A stretch of 64,000 nucleotides of DNA from Ophelia neglecta (GCA_965285935.1 OZ260667.1:24986001-25050000); one strand, 5' to 3'; positions 51,396 to 64,000 are shown, numbered from the stretch's first letter. Program-made: numbers and translations. Notes: generated by a model not told the origin, from the letters alone.

Positions 51396-54236
51396 AAAGT
51401 AGACTGTCAACAGATCCTGCATGGCGATCAAATTTCACCTCACCATAAACAGCGTCGAAAAGCTGTGTTTTTCATCTTTATTCGCTATTTATATAGGTCT
51501 TTTAGTGCTTCACATGATGTCATATAAACTTTGTAAGGTTTTTTCTTAATATTTTCACACTTATGCTTTTATCCTTGTACTGGTGAGATGTAATTAATTA
51601 ATAGTCCTGCGCATAATAATGATATTTATTGCAAGAAATGACACAGGTATGTTTAAAGCATTTTGATATAAATTTCCCTGAATTGACCATCATTTGCAAC
51701 ACTCTAGATGCAGTTCTGGTATCGGTACTGCAACCAATTTACGTGGCTCGACCGCCAAATAAACTATCGATAGGTCAACTGGTGATTTAAATTAGTCCAG
51801 ATTAGTTTCACACAAGGAAATGACAAAAAGTATGTTGAAAAAGATCGCCAGACAGGTTAATAATGACAGTCGAATGTATGGAAAGTTTCTAACACAAATC
51901 CCTAGAAGGGGGCAACATGTCTTGGAGATTAGAAATCGAGGGAGACTACGGTTTGTTTGATAAGCATGGGGAAGGAGGTGACGGATGTTGGGGTGGTAGT
52001 GGGGCTACAGTCCTTCTCTGGGAGGGACGGACATCAAATACTTACAAGACGCCCTTATTATGTAAATACATAAATAAATATATACATTGTTCTGGGAAAT
52101 AAGTAAACATTAATACGAGAGTTATATTGAAAATATTCCATATTGATTAATTTTTCCGTACAAAAAACCCAAGAAAAATGGACGGCATCCACATGGAATT
52201 AACCATCATACCCTTGGAGGAAAATTGCGCACGCTGGAGACTAATTATATCCGGTGTAAAAGCAAAGTCACCTGCTGTAAATATTTGCGTGTAATATGAT
52301 CGCCAAACAAAGATGGCCATCATAGGATTTAAAAACAAGCAGGTTTATATTTGTCTGCTAGATATGTGGGAACCTCCACGTGAGAAGCAAGAGCGGTTTT
52401 GTTGTTTCTCAGCATCGTCTGCTGATCGAAACAGATGTTGTTGACATCGCATTCGACATGATTCAGACTGACTACTCTAAATCTCAAAGCACTTGCCAAT
52501 TTTAAGAAAATATATATTCTTATCCCTGTAAGAAAACAGTAGTCACACGAATTTCTTAGTCAAGAGGTCAAATAGTCCAATATCAGGTTCTGTCATAGCG
52601 AGTTTTTTTAAGACAAATGGCGTTTGTTCATATTATATTACATTGATGCAGTGAGCAATACAGAAACATTAAAATGAGCTATGGTTGAAGTGCCCTTATC
52701 TGACCCTAGGATCCAATTGTTCAGTGAAGAGTGAGATAAGATTAAGGCTTACTGAATAGTCCATTTAATGTTAGTTCGGTTCGGTGTAACACAGGATTCT
52801 ATCCAGACTGTACCATTTCAAATCTATTTTGACACTTGTTTCGCTGTAAGTTTGGTCACCAAAGTTAAATTTGGTCTATAGAGATATGGGACAAAGTTGA
52901 AAATCATAGTTTTTTGATTAAACGCGATTGACTTTTTAAGTGGTTTACACTACGACCATTACGACAATAATATTAGGTTCGAATTCGTTAAAGAAACTTC
53001 GGTTTACTGTTTATATCTGTGCATTGCAGTTTGGGTGCAACAAATGGCCACTTGGCTGAGTATTGTCATAAACTCATCGAAATGCGAACCGCTAAAACGT
53101 GTATACAAAGTGCTGCACGAACCCTACAGTTAGTTTATGCTATGAGACCAAGAAAACACTCGTTATATCATCCTGAAAAAAAATGCGCTATAACAGGAGC
53201 AGCAGATGTCGGTCAACAGCCTACTATCTGGCTGAGTCACCATGTGTATATCTAAACAATTCATCATATTCCTACGCGGATGTCAGTTAACTTACAGCGC
53301 AGTATTGTGTTGCAAGCAATATCAGATGATGCTTACCCACACGTCCACAAACTCGGTTATTATGCCTTGCCAGAATCGAGTTATAATACGAATACATACC
53401 TTTTTATACATATAATTGAGATATCAATACGAAGTATATCCGTAACGCTCCGCATTTCCTCAGTTTTTTCCCCGATCACATCGTCCAGACACAGGCCTGC
53501 TAGTCTATAAGGAACTATCAATCGCAATCATAACACTGCTCAATTTACCGCAATATTACATCGTCTGCTAGTCAGCCAATAAAGACTATAGATTCTCTAC
53601 TGAATCGGACGTCACTGCCTATAAGAACGAACAATGTCCTCCATCTGCGTTCGGAGCCAGCTATTGAGCTCATCCACATCCGTATCTGATAGCACATCAT
53701 CACCCCGAACACTCGCGGGATGGTGAGCGGGATACATGGTATAGAGACAACGCCGCTACGTACAATCGCTGGGCAAACGCAATTATGTATTTAACTATCT
53801 AGGCCTGTAGGCCGCTTGTGTACGTACAATGCTTTATTACGGGCAAGGGGATCCAATTAGAAAATTGTGTTATTATCCGCTCCATAATAATTTCCCTCTC
53901 ATTGCAGTCTACTGAGTTGTGACAAGGCCCGCCTCTCGGGATAGTAATAGAGTTTGGAGTGTACAATATTGACGGACCTCGGTTTCATGGTTGTCGGTCG
54001 TCATATGACCCTCTTTTCAATAAAGCTCAATAGTGTCACAAGTGGTATATTTTAATATCAGTAGCCTACTTCCGTCTTAAACAAAGGCTATATCAACACA
54101 TTCATTTACATGCCTTTTTCTCTTGTTGCGAAGTCACTCTATTGCATTTTAGTCATATTCCACTGACATAATCATTTTTAAATGTCTATGAATACATGGG
54201 ACCCAAAACGTAGTCCGTAAAACGTTTTAGAGAATA

Positions 54237-54414
54237 CAGTAAAACCTGTAAATAAAGGCCACCAAAGGCACTGGAGAATACTGGTCTGATTTTGGAGGTG
54301 GTCTGTTTAGACAGGTTATCTAACACTGAAAGAAGACAGCAACTTCTTCCTATTGGTGGTCTGAATTGACAGGTGGTCTGATTATAGAAGTGGTCTTTAA
54401 GGCAAGTTTCACTG
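54237..54414. mobile_element. Tc1/mariner-pogo type MITE
   Basis: TA duplications at 54235-54236 and 54415-54416. Imperfect TIRs CAGTAAAACCTG...GGCCAC / GTGGTC...CAAGTTTCACTG. Internal repeated (A)GGTGGTC motifs. Confidence 0.85.
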
Positions 54415-55430
54415 TATATTGGCGGGTTAGTCGCGGTTTCACTTCGTAATTTATGTTACACAAAAGAATAGTATATTTTATATGAAGTCCAAGTGAAACA
54501 AAAGTCTCAAAGCTTCCAATGGGAATAGACCAGCTGCTACGATAAAAGAATAAAGCTTTAATGTTAGGCAAAATGAGAAAATCTCTATGACAGTTGATAG
54601 TGAAGCCTTTGGGATTTTGTTAGGTCACTCTTCAACCTAAATAGAAGAGCACAGCCCAGTGGCTGCATCCCTGAAGTCAATTTCCAGGCCTGTATTTCTA
54701 GGTCAAAGCTAAGTTATCGGATGTATTAATGTTGACAGGCCGCTGCCGGCCTGTGGTCAGTTCAGGGGAGACTAATGGAGAGGCCGCCTGCTTACTAATG
54801 TCCCTGTCGGCAGGCTGCCCTCGGGGAAAAGAAGATATTGTCGGTTGATACCCTAAAAACTCGGAAATGGATAATCTATATGTATATTCTCATCTTCGAT
54901 TGTTGATATTTCTCGTGTTGCTTTGGTTTCGTTACCCGTGGGTTGCTTGGCGACCTGATCCTTCCCGTCTATATATATGAACTAGATTTGTAGTAGAATA
55001 TTTATAAGGGTGAGTTAATCGTGCGTGATATCTGCCTGCTGTTATTTGCAGCCCTGTTGGAGTTTTGATAATCGAGTTGGTGTTGTCTGTGCAGGGGGGT
55101 GCCCTTTCAAGGCGATGTTAATAAACCAGTATCGTAGAGGCGAGGGCATTGCACATCAGTCTATTACCTATAGAACGTCTATGATTGACATTTAGACCTC
55201 ATCCCATTGTCAGGTCACAAAAAGGTCGCGTGTATTATGACCGGGTCACTGAGAAATGCTCCCTCTCAGCCTTCTCTCTTCATTGTCAGTCAAATTCTTC
55301 ATCAGAATAATATCTACTAAGTCTTCAAACTATCATTTATAATTGTTTAAAGGCGTCCCTGTTTAATATCATTTCTCGTTTAAATTTAATTCTTAATTTC
55401 ACCAGCACATCACCAGACACTCTTATTATA

Positions 55431-55449
55431 ATATATATATATATATATA
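55431..55449. repeat. (AT)n microsatellite
   Basis: Directly visible. Confidence 0.9.
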
Positions 55450-58400
55450 ACTACAGCCAATTACTAACACAACCCGTCTTCAATCCGGAACCTTTAAATT
55501 AATATTCGGACCAATATCCCTATAACTGTTAGCCTGCAATATTAAACTATCTGGTTAAAAGCGTCTATATAAACAATACATGCATGCAGGAAGTTGAAAA
55601 CTGGAAGTAAAAGCGAGCTTGATCAATTTCCTCAGAGCTTAACATTATGAGTTAATGCCATTAAAAGCATTTTATATCATGAGCCTAACCAGCGCTATTG
55701 CTTTATAGGAAACGAAGTATAAAAATTTCCATGGAAACATTACAAGGCTAAAACAATGATTTCGGTCAAACTGAGTGGTTGATCGCCAATTATACTGTCT
55801 CCTTATGAGTTTAGTCTCTGCAGGAGGAATGTGTGGCCAAGATTTTTCCCCGACAAATGGTCTTAGTTATTCTGTCAGTTAATAAGGAAAGAATCTCCTT
55901 GGGTTTTTGTAACCTGAACCTAATTGAAACTTCCTAGTTTCATTCATTTTTCATATCGATTTCTAATTGCGGTAGAAAGAACATAAGTGAAGCGTTCGTG
56001 TGCAGAATTTATTCATAGCGTGTTCCGCTCTCTGTTTTAAGGGAAATTGTGGCCAAACCTATTCGATAGAAACAACTGTTTTTGGTGCCTGCGGCGCGCG
56101 TTCCTTTCTCCTAGGAGGTCTCAGCTGGACTACAGCGAGTGTTCCTTTCACCAGACGCTCGTGTCAGACCAATGCATACACAATGCCTTCTGCTCCGTCG
56201 CGTGTCGTATCACGAAGAAGCCTCGGGCCCCGCGTTAGCTCCGAGTAACAGTTAAAGCTACTGGTCTGCTCGGAAATTAAAAAGGCGTGAAGCCAGCCAC
56301 ATTAACGAACAAGTTTCTAGTCTAAGAATGCACTCCACAGCTTCAGGAATACTCAAATGACTGAAATATGCAACAGCACGCAATAGGCAACTGACTTCCT
56401 TGATAATTATGAATAAGCAATCTGGAATTATCTAGAACTCAGTAATAATCACACCTATAGAGCTATGTCGACTCAACGCACTCTCCATGATGAGGCCCTG
56501 CTCGATGAAATTTTATGCTCGAGCAGGCCAATGCTGACGTTTACAAGTAGGTCATGGGGGACCACGATTCCTTTAGACGCAGTCTTTTAGAACTTTCCTT
56601 GAAGTTCCATATCAAAGCTATCGTGAATATCGTCATAGGACATGTGGTGAAACATTGATGTTGTTATATGACGTGCCCCTGGCCCTAATTAGGATTTTCC
56701 CGGGTATTATAATAGACTAGTTTTATTTCCGAGGTATATGAAACACGGGATGAACACGCAAGGCTATTTTTCAGTACTGAACCCTATGACTGTCAACCGG
56801 GGAGCGATATTAAAATTAATGGTACCCGATTTGCACTGTGTGGACATCTTGTGTATGTGTGTATAGTCTATCCTATGCGCATGTTACTAATTTACTTTAA
56901 TAGAAGCAAAGTCAAGAAGTTTGTCACATAAAACCGAATTTATCTAGTATCAAATCCCTTGAAATAATTTTGGATTGTGCCACTTTTTCTGTCTTCATTC
57001 AAATCAATGCCTTTAGGAAATATGATAATTATGAAGTTTCATGGACTACATCGGATATTTCATTTAAGATATAAAAGACTATATGTAGATCCAGTTACCA
57101 GCTTGCAGTGGTGTTGCGTATCGGGTTAAATCAACTGCTTCAAGATGATTTCCCTTTATATTGCTTCCATGGAAAGGCAATATTTATCACGTGACTACTC
57201 AAGAAACAGTGCATCGCTTTTATCAACATTTGGGTTTACATAAATAGAAACCCTGTAAATATTTTCCTTGATTTTGAAAACTTATATTGTAGTCATCGTA
57301 GCAAAATAGGACATCTTTTCTTCAAAGGTTTAAGTTCTAAAAAATATGCATTAAACTTTGGAAAAATCTTACGATTTATTTGAAAAGAAAGAGTAGTTAG
57401 TCGAGAAATAAGTCGAAGAGAGCCACCTCTCTAGGTCCATAATGTTCCCATTATACGGCAAACATAAAAGTTCAGCGGCAGGAGAAAACAAAAACCCCAA
57501 ACTAAAATGTCTGGCGAACATTGAAGAAGCTGGAACCACAGATCATCAGCTTGCAATATGCATAGCTACAGGTAGCAAGACCATTAAATATGTACTCAAT
57601 AAAAGAGATCAATGGTGCATCTAAAAGTTGTCAGATTAATACAAGGGCTGGATTTCAGAGTACATATTGCTGACCAGAGACGATGCTTAATTCAGATATT
57701 ATGGTAACAATATACCCGAGATTGTAATGTTTTTGATACGTATAAACTTAAGTATTCAGCACTGTGACCCAGGTCGCTACTTCCCTCATTGTTTAGGGTG
57801 TTTAACGCTCATCAGTATGTGACAATTGGACGTATATTTCTTTCTTTAAATACGAAGGGCTCATTATCACACGCTTTTCCACTCCAGACTAGTTATTCTG
57901 TCGACATGATGCCACCACAGAAAGCGTCGAAAATATTATCTCTAGCTGAGACCGTAATGGCCGCGCCACGGTAGTCTTATGAAGACTAATTTTACCCATG
58001 CGAGAGGTTCGGAAAGATTCGAGCTCAGAAGCTGGCAAAAACAACTAAGGCAGGCATGACTGTGTTCAACAATCCTGCCAAGAAAAAAAATTGCTTGCTA
58101 TGACTACAAGCGTCGAAGGAAAGTTCAATGGCTTTAATGAATTAATAGCAATGGTTTCCATGACCGATCCTACATGCCACCACCCAACTAATCAGTCTTG
58201 TAAATGACTTTTCGCCTGTCATGCGGTGTAATTGATCAGGGTTCTAGTCGTGAATTACGATATTAACTTGGCACCCCAGGTAAACGAGCAGCTCAGTGGC
58301 CTGTCTAAGGCTATTCATTGTAGCAGGCGTTCTGTAACCTACACAGCTAGCGTTTCCCTGGACAATCACGGACCTGAGCACCCTTGAACTGCCTCGCATT

Positions 58401-59819
58401 AATCAATTTACAGGACGGATTACTCCTGTGAAGCTATGAGTCCAACAGAGATGGTTTGAAAATCAGCTTCAATCGCTCCTTAGAACGCACCTGCCAAGGC
58501 AACACTAACTCGGAGATTGAAAGGGTTGAAAAGTGAATCGTTTTTCTGAAGCGACATCTGGATAGTTTTTGTCTGTAAAGTGCACAGAAACAGATGTTTC
58601 CTCGATAATGTTTGTTTCCCAAGCAGTAAGAATGCAAACATTTTTCTCACTATTCAGAGAGAACTTAACCATAAGATAACGAGAAAAAAATGTGTAAGTA
58701 AGCGCTAAGTTAAATTGCAAAAATAACCTAGAACTGCATGAGGAAATCAGATTCCAAGAATCACTAAAGAGAAGCAAATTCTGGACTTCCATTCACAGGC
58801 ACTGACTGTGGCAGCCATATAACGAGGCAGTATATAACCTATAAAATATACAAATATCCTGACGCTCTATAGCACACATACAAAGTCATGTATATGGCAC
58901 ACTACTTAGTCAGGCCAGTAGGCCGTACCGATGAAAACAATAATACACAATCAACTTCATATAATTCATGTAATTTGTCAATTTTAAGTTCGGGCGGTAC
59001 CTCTGACATGAACCCACAAAACTGACATTTGTCAATAAATTAATCACTTTATCAAGTAGTTGAAATAAAATGTGTACTTATTTTATTTCATTTTTTTATT
59101 TTATTTCCTTTTAAAGGATGACTGGAGGCGTTAAACCAATGAATTGTGATATATTTCAACGTATTGACGTTTTGAAACCAAATGAACAATGTGATGATAA
59201 ACTGTAGAAGGAACCTAACCACACAGACATGTGACAACTTAATGTGCCGTTGACAAAATCGTTATTTATCGGGCCAACTCACAATGAGGCTGTTCATGAT
59301 AACATTAAAATAATGGTGTTTTGTGGAAATCCGTCGTGTTTTATCACCTTCGAATTTCAATGCTGCTTTTATCGATGCAAGCTGGGTGAATTAAATTTGA
59401 GATTAACCATCCGATCAAGTTCGGCCTGCTCGTGCCAATAACGACTCAATAACTAGGAACCTAGAACAGGACACTCAAATTGTTATCATTGTCGTTACAG
59501 TAGAATTATGAGCAATGTGCTATTTGAGTAGGCGATAGTTTTAGTGCTAGTCAAGGACGAGTTGAGTCCTTTTGAGCTCTGTTTCATGACTGATCGTTAC
59601 ACACAACACGACGATATTTCCCCGTATTTCATATTTTGTGCATCTATCGATTTACACTCACCTTGATTCCTCCCGCTCTGTACATATTACGCCATCGATA
59701 TCCAAAGACCAATCTAGAAAGTGATAATATGAGCAGACCAGTTATGCACAAGGGGTCGTGTTCACTCTGTAGCTATCAATTGCGCATGTGCCAGCGTTGT
59801 TAAGAAGGTCGAGACTCAC

Positions 59820-60095
59820 TTATTTCAGGAGATTTGAGTTTAAAGTGAACTTGGCCGGTCCCTAGCCGTTGATCTGGTTCCAAGACCCAGGTATTTGGGG
59901 CGGGTTCATTTGGCGTGTTCCTGGACGTCCAGTTAAACCCCGTCACTATGATGGGCACGGATTTTGAGCGACCGTCTGCTCCGAGACTACGGTCTCGGGT
60001 TATCTCGGGTACATAGGTCAGACAATATATACTCCACGCTGAGTCGTACGCTCCATTGGTAACAAACAAACAGCTAAACATTCACCACTGTACGT
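59820..60095 (-). other. Candidate 5' non-coding exon on the minus strand
   Basis: CpG-rich ~280-bp island ending in the consensus donor AA|GTGAGT (GT at 59819-59818). Confidence 0.3.
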
Positions 60096-62601
60096 GTACC
60101 GCAGCAAAAAGTAGGTGGCTGCTTGACCCTGAGAATCAACCAGTAGCACTTTCGGCCTATTTCGAGGCGCCATGGGTGGAAAGTGGATAGCCTGTAATTC
60201 ATTCTTGTCAGAGCGGACTGTTTACTGGCCTCACGGGGATTAACAGCAAAACCACACCATATCTCTGACCACGTGGTGAGAGTACCAGAAGTATGTCAGG
60301 TCTGACGCCTGGAGCCGCTTAATGGGAAACAAACACGAATTGGCATCAGCCAATAATACCAATAGCAGAAATATAATGAATTATTGTAATGTATTAAACA
60401 TTTAGTGATGGCAGGTTAGGGAAGAATGCTAAATTTAGTATAAGTGATCCCCCCCCCCCCCACCGAGTCCAAAGATAAAATGTCTCCCTTTTGGACATAA
60501 CACATTTTTTCTCCTGAATTGTTTCTACAACTTTTAATTAGTTTTTTTTTACCACTGAGTTAAATATGAAATAGACCATTGCTACCTATAAATGGCAGTC
60601 TATGATTTAGTAGCCTTCCAGGTTCTGAGGACTTGGCGCTCCCCGTAATGTCCTGGTCTGGAATCACGTTTGTTATCCTTACTTCTGCTGAACTTAATCT
60701 ACAACAAACGTCGTTAGCCATAACTCGTAAATCTCTCTCATTTAAGTATCGTTTTATCCCCATGATGTGAGCAATGGTACATAAGTACGCCATCCACTGG
60801 ACTTCAAATGATGCGAACTTCCAGGAGATAAACACCTTATATAATCAAATCCAACTTGAATGGTGATTATTTTCATAATAAAAACCGGCAATAAAGTAAG
60901 GTCTGATTTCGTCGATACCAGTTTCACAATGCATGCCCAAGGTCAAGACCAAATCTGGTGTGTTAAATGTTAGGTTTTGATAATTCTTTAGGAGGCCGGT
61001 GTATTTGGGGCGCTCATTAAATTTGCGTTTGCGTCAAATATAAATCGAAACCGGCCAATGGGCTAACAAAGATGTCTCACATGACCTGCTCTGCACGATA
61101 CGCTCTATATGATAAACCACTTAGATTTCATCTTAAAAGGTTTCAAGTTTCATATGTTCTTGTGGTATGACAAAAAATAAAGACCACTGCGAGATACAGG
61201 CAGGAATAGCATGGACCACCATGATATTAGACAGTAAAGTAGGACCATGCTGGTCAGTACAAGTACACATAAAAATAGATGTGCTCGAATGCATGTGACT
61301 CGGACTAGACATGGCAATATGCTCGCAGCACTCCTCTCGAAAAATATGAAGTCACAACTACTAGTTCGCCTACTACTTACTCCCCTAGTCCTAAAAATAT
61401 CATCACTCAGTTAAATGTATTAGATAAAGCTATTTGTTTAAATTGAAGTGTTGCCCGTTTGTTGTTTTACGACATGTTCCATCTTTGCATTCTAATTCTT
61501 TGTAGCAATTCTTGTACCTGATTTTTTTTTATCTCAAATCTCAAATTCTTCTATTCAGGCTTACATCCCTGGAAACCAAAGAGAGCTGCGACAAGAAACT
61601 TTCAAGAAAAACCGACGGGAACTATTGGGAGGTTTGCGACTGGTTGCACAGTCCTAAAGAAAGGCAATCATGAATTGAGGCTTGAACTTAAGAATAGACA
61701 TCACAGAATGGAAAAAATACAGCTTCCTCGTCTGTTTCTGGCAATGTCGGAGCTGAAAAACAAGGTTGGTCGCTCACGTAACCTACGCAGCTAGTACGTA
61801 TATCCTTACATTTATACAAGGTTCTATAAAAAACGAACGGTCTCGCTCGTTTTTACGATGTGACTCTGTCCGTGAAAGACCGTTGGCAGTTTTCAGTCGT
61901 ATTTCAAATACTGTTAATTTCTCCATATTACCATTCTTTGAATTGAAATTAAAAATATATTATTATTCATATTTTGTAAACGATGGTTTGAAGTTTAGTG
62001 CCTTTTAGGGGTGGAATTTTGAACAATGCACTAAAAAGCGAATCTAGTTGCTTGTCTTATTCATCAACTAAAGACTTAGCTGTCGTATAATTAATAAACA
62101 ACCTTAAAGATATATATTGGTTTTTTGTATGATGCATAGCATAGAAGAGAAAAGCCATAGCCATGTTTAGTCTATGTACTTTTAAAAAGCGATAGCCACA
62201 TCATTTATCTACGTGTTACTTACTACATCTAGATGTTCTGCCCTGTGCTGGGACTACAATCTTGACTTTATACCATTTCTTTTTGGAACCACCACCGTCG
62301 TGTTTGTTATATCTCGCCGTCGCAGACTTTGCCCAGTAGCTAACACAGTGGTTGATTGTCACGTCGAAGTTTAACACTAAAAGTAGTCATGATTTTCACA
62401 AAAAGGATGTTAACATTATACTTGAAGGCAAGGGTTCTGTCTGGTAAGAATGAGCCTCGTTTTCGACTTGTTTCTTAGAAGCTGATTCTACTTGGGTTTG
62501 GTAATCGCGCACATAAAAGCAGAAAAATTGGTGGTTGTCGGTGAGCAAATTGTACAACACTCATTTATATTTCCGCACTTTATACTGAGGAAAGAAACAT
62601 A

Positions 62602-62618
62602 ATGAAGAGGATTTCAAT
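62602..62618 (+). CDS. PLA2G12A: Group XII secreted phospholipase A2-like, coding exon 1 (MKRIS + 2 nt; start of signal peptide)
   Basis: ATG AAG AGG ATT TCA AT followed by a GTAAGA donor. The phase-2 end matches exon 2 and gives the signal peptide MKRISMVFALLMISAMA(G). Confidence 0.72.
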
Positions 62619-62915
62619 GTAAGAATATTCTGCTCTATATGTGGTTTTACAGTCGTTTATTCCTATCAATATTTTACTTAAGTGACGTAACCTCAATTGG
62701 AGCTGAATATGAAACAGTATTTTTCATGTTAATATTATTTAATTTTTTGTCTGTGTTTTGTTTTGCGACTTACTTCTAAAAATAATTAGTCAATCATCAT
62801 TTTGGCTCGTCTGAACGTATATAAACTAGATGTTGATTCCAGAGAAACTCAAAGTGGAATCATTTAGGGCATAATTGCAATGATGTCCAAACATTTCGTT
62901 TTTCTCTCTTCATAG

Positions 62916-63001
62916 GGTATTCGCCTTGTTGATGATAAGTGCTATGGCAGGAAGAAGACGGAGGCCGAGCTGTCGCTGGTGTACGTGTAGGTGTAGATCA
63001 G
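62916..63001 (+). CDS. PLA2G12A: Group XII sPLA2-like, coding exon 2 (VFALLMISAMAGRRRRPSCRWCTCRCRS)
   Basis: Acceptor ttttctctcttcatAG, donor GTAACT, 86 nt (phase 2 to phase 1). Encodes the signal-peptide core followed by C-x3-C-x2-G, equivalent to CQYKCSDG of GXIIA. Confidence 0.85.
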
Positions 63002-63297
63002 GTAACTGTTTTCTACTTGCAACAACCTTGTTTATTCCAAATCGTAGCACTATTAGATAACTACTTTTTGGGGTGGGGTTGGGGGGTGGGAGAAAATGTG
63101 GAGAAAATAGGAAGTAAATTTTCAATCTAGGCTTGACCGAGCCAAGAGTAGAAGCACTCGGTTATGAAACAGGCCTCAGAACGGTTAGCAGTAGACTTAC
63201 AAACATCAATAGTGTATTACCTAACTGTAAAAAAGCAAGTAAATGATCGAATTGACATCATTCGAGTTGCTTGGTTATTTATTGTATCGTTTTACAG

Positions 63298-63359
63298 GCT
63301 CCTTACAACAACGTGTCAACCCCGTTCCCAATGGATGTGGCACAGCTTGGATCCGGGCG
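63298..63359 (+). CDS. PLA2G12A: Group XII sPLA2-like, coding exon 3 (GSLQQRVNPVPNGCGTAWIRA; Ca2+-loop region)
   Basis: Acceptor ttttacAG, donor GTATGT, 62 nt (phase 1 to phase 0). PNGCG matches the group XII PPNGCGS motif. Confidence 0.9.
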
Positions 63360-63520
63360 GTATGTTAGATAATAATTAAGTTCAAAGCGTCTTATTCTTT
63401 ATCGGGAAGCTATGAACTATTAGAAGTGTTTGTGTTTTTGTTTGATCGCGCAAAATACTCATATATCGTTATTATAGCTTAAGATGTTTTTAATTAATTA
63501 AAATTGCCCATCACTCTCAG

Positions 63521-63665
63521 ACAACTCCATACAACTTCACATCTTGCTGCAATGATCACGATGTCTGTTACGGCATATGTGGCAAGGATCGTTCAGAATG
63601 TGATGATCTCCTTTTCGACTGCATGCATGACAAGTGTGACGTCCTCAAAGACGTTGACGAAGAAG
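63521..63665 (+). CDS. PLA2G12A: Group XII sPLA2-like, coding exon 4 (catalytic CCNDHDVCY); gene continues beyond window
   Basis: Acceptor ctctcAG, donor GTAAAT, 145 nt. Translates TTPYNFTSCCNDHDVCYGICGKDRSECDDLLFDCMHDKCDVLKDVDEE, with the same Cys spacing as GXIIA CCNQHDRCYETCGKSKNDCDEEFQYCLSKIC. The His-Asp dyad is intact. Confidence 0.93.
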
Positions 63666-64000
63666 GTAAATACACAACCCTGAATCAGACATGTGTATTA
63701 GATTACTCAATTTGGATGCTAGACAACACTGTTAAAAATCAAAATACATCGGTTTATGGGGAAATAAATTGTTATTTTAAGTTGAAATAAAATAAATTAT
63801 TGTAGTAATATAACTTTAATATTTATGTTCACCACGAATCGTACGATATAGTGAATCAACAATCCAACAATCAATGAATAAATACATGACATGACTTTAG
63901 ATCCCTACTAACAACGTCTTACATATTCGTCTAATAGAAATAGCAAAGACAGAAGTTGTGAAAAATAATGCCACACGCTTCTGAAAAAAAGATAAAACTA

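Noticed and set aside
28950-58503. Scattered RFX X-box-like motifs (e.g. 28950, 45161, 54942)
   Set aside because: Degenerate, not clustered at a supported promoter, and common in invertebrate genomes.
62389-62443. Alternative PLA2 start exon MIFTKRMLTLYLKARVLS with GTAAGA donor
   Set aside because: It ends in phase 1, which would hit a stop in exon 2; at most a 5'UTR exon.
62910-63379. ORF-track entries 62910-63125, 62939-63130 and 63164-63379
   Set aside because: Wrong frames or strand across the real PLA2 exons and introns.

Overview
Gene-sparse, AT-rich genomic DNA from an intron-containing animal. It is most likely a marine invertebrate such as a lophotrochozoan (inference only). Three protein-coding genes are supported. 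(1) The last coding exon of a TASK-type two-pore K+ channel (+, 10439-11250), whose first exon lies outside the window. (2) A single-coding-exon, 524-aa uncharacterised Ser/Pro-rich protein with a C-terminal coiled coil and a class I PDZ-type tail (-, 35969-37543). (3) A four-exon 5' part of a secreted group XII phospholipase A2 (+, 62602-63665), absent from the ORF track and reconstructed here from splice sites; its mature N-terminus is an unusual Arg/Cys-rich segment. The rest contains MITEs, degraded LINE ends, mini/microsatellites, a tandem duplication and candidate 5' exons and regulatory sites. The most interesting hypotheses are the cationic, AMP-like N-terminal module on the PLA2 and a candidate spliced upstream microprotein ORF whose stop would overlap the 524-aa start codon (ATGA). 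Almost all other short ORFs in the track look spurious. All analysis was by eye; no database search was run.
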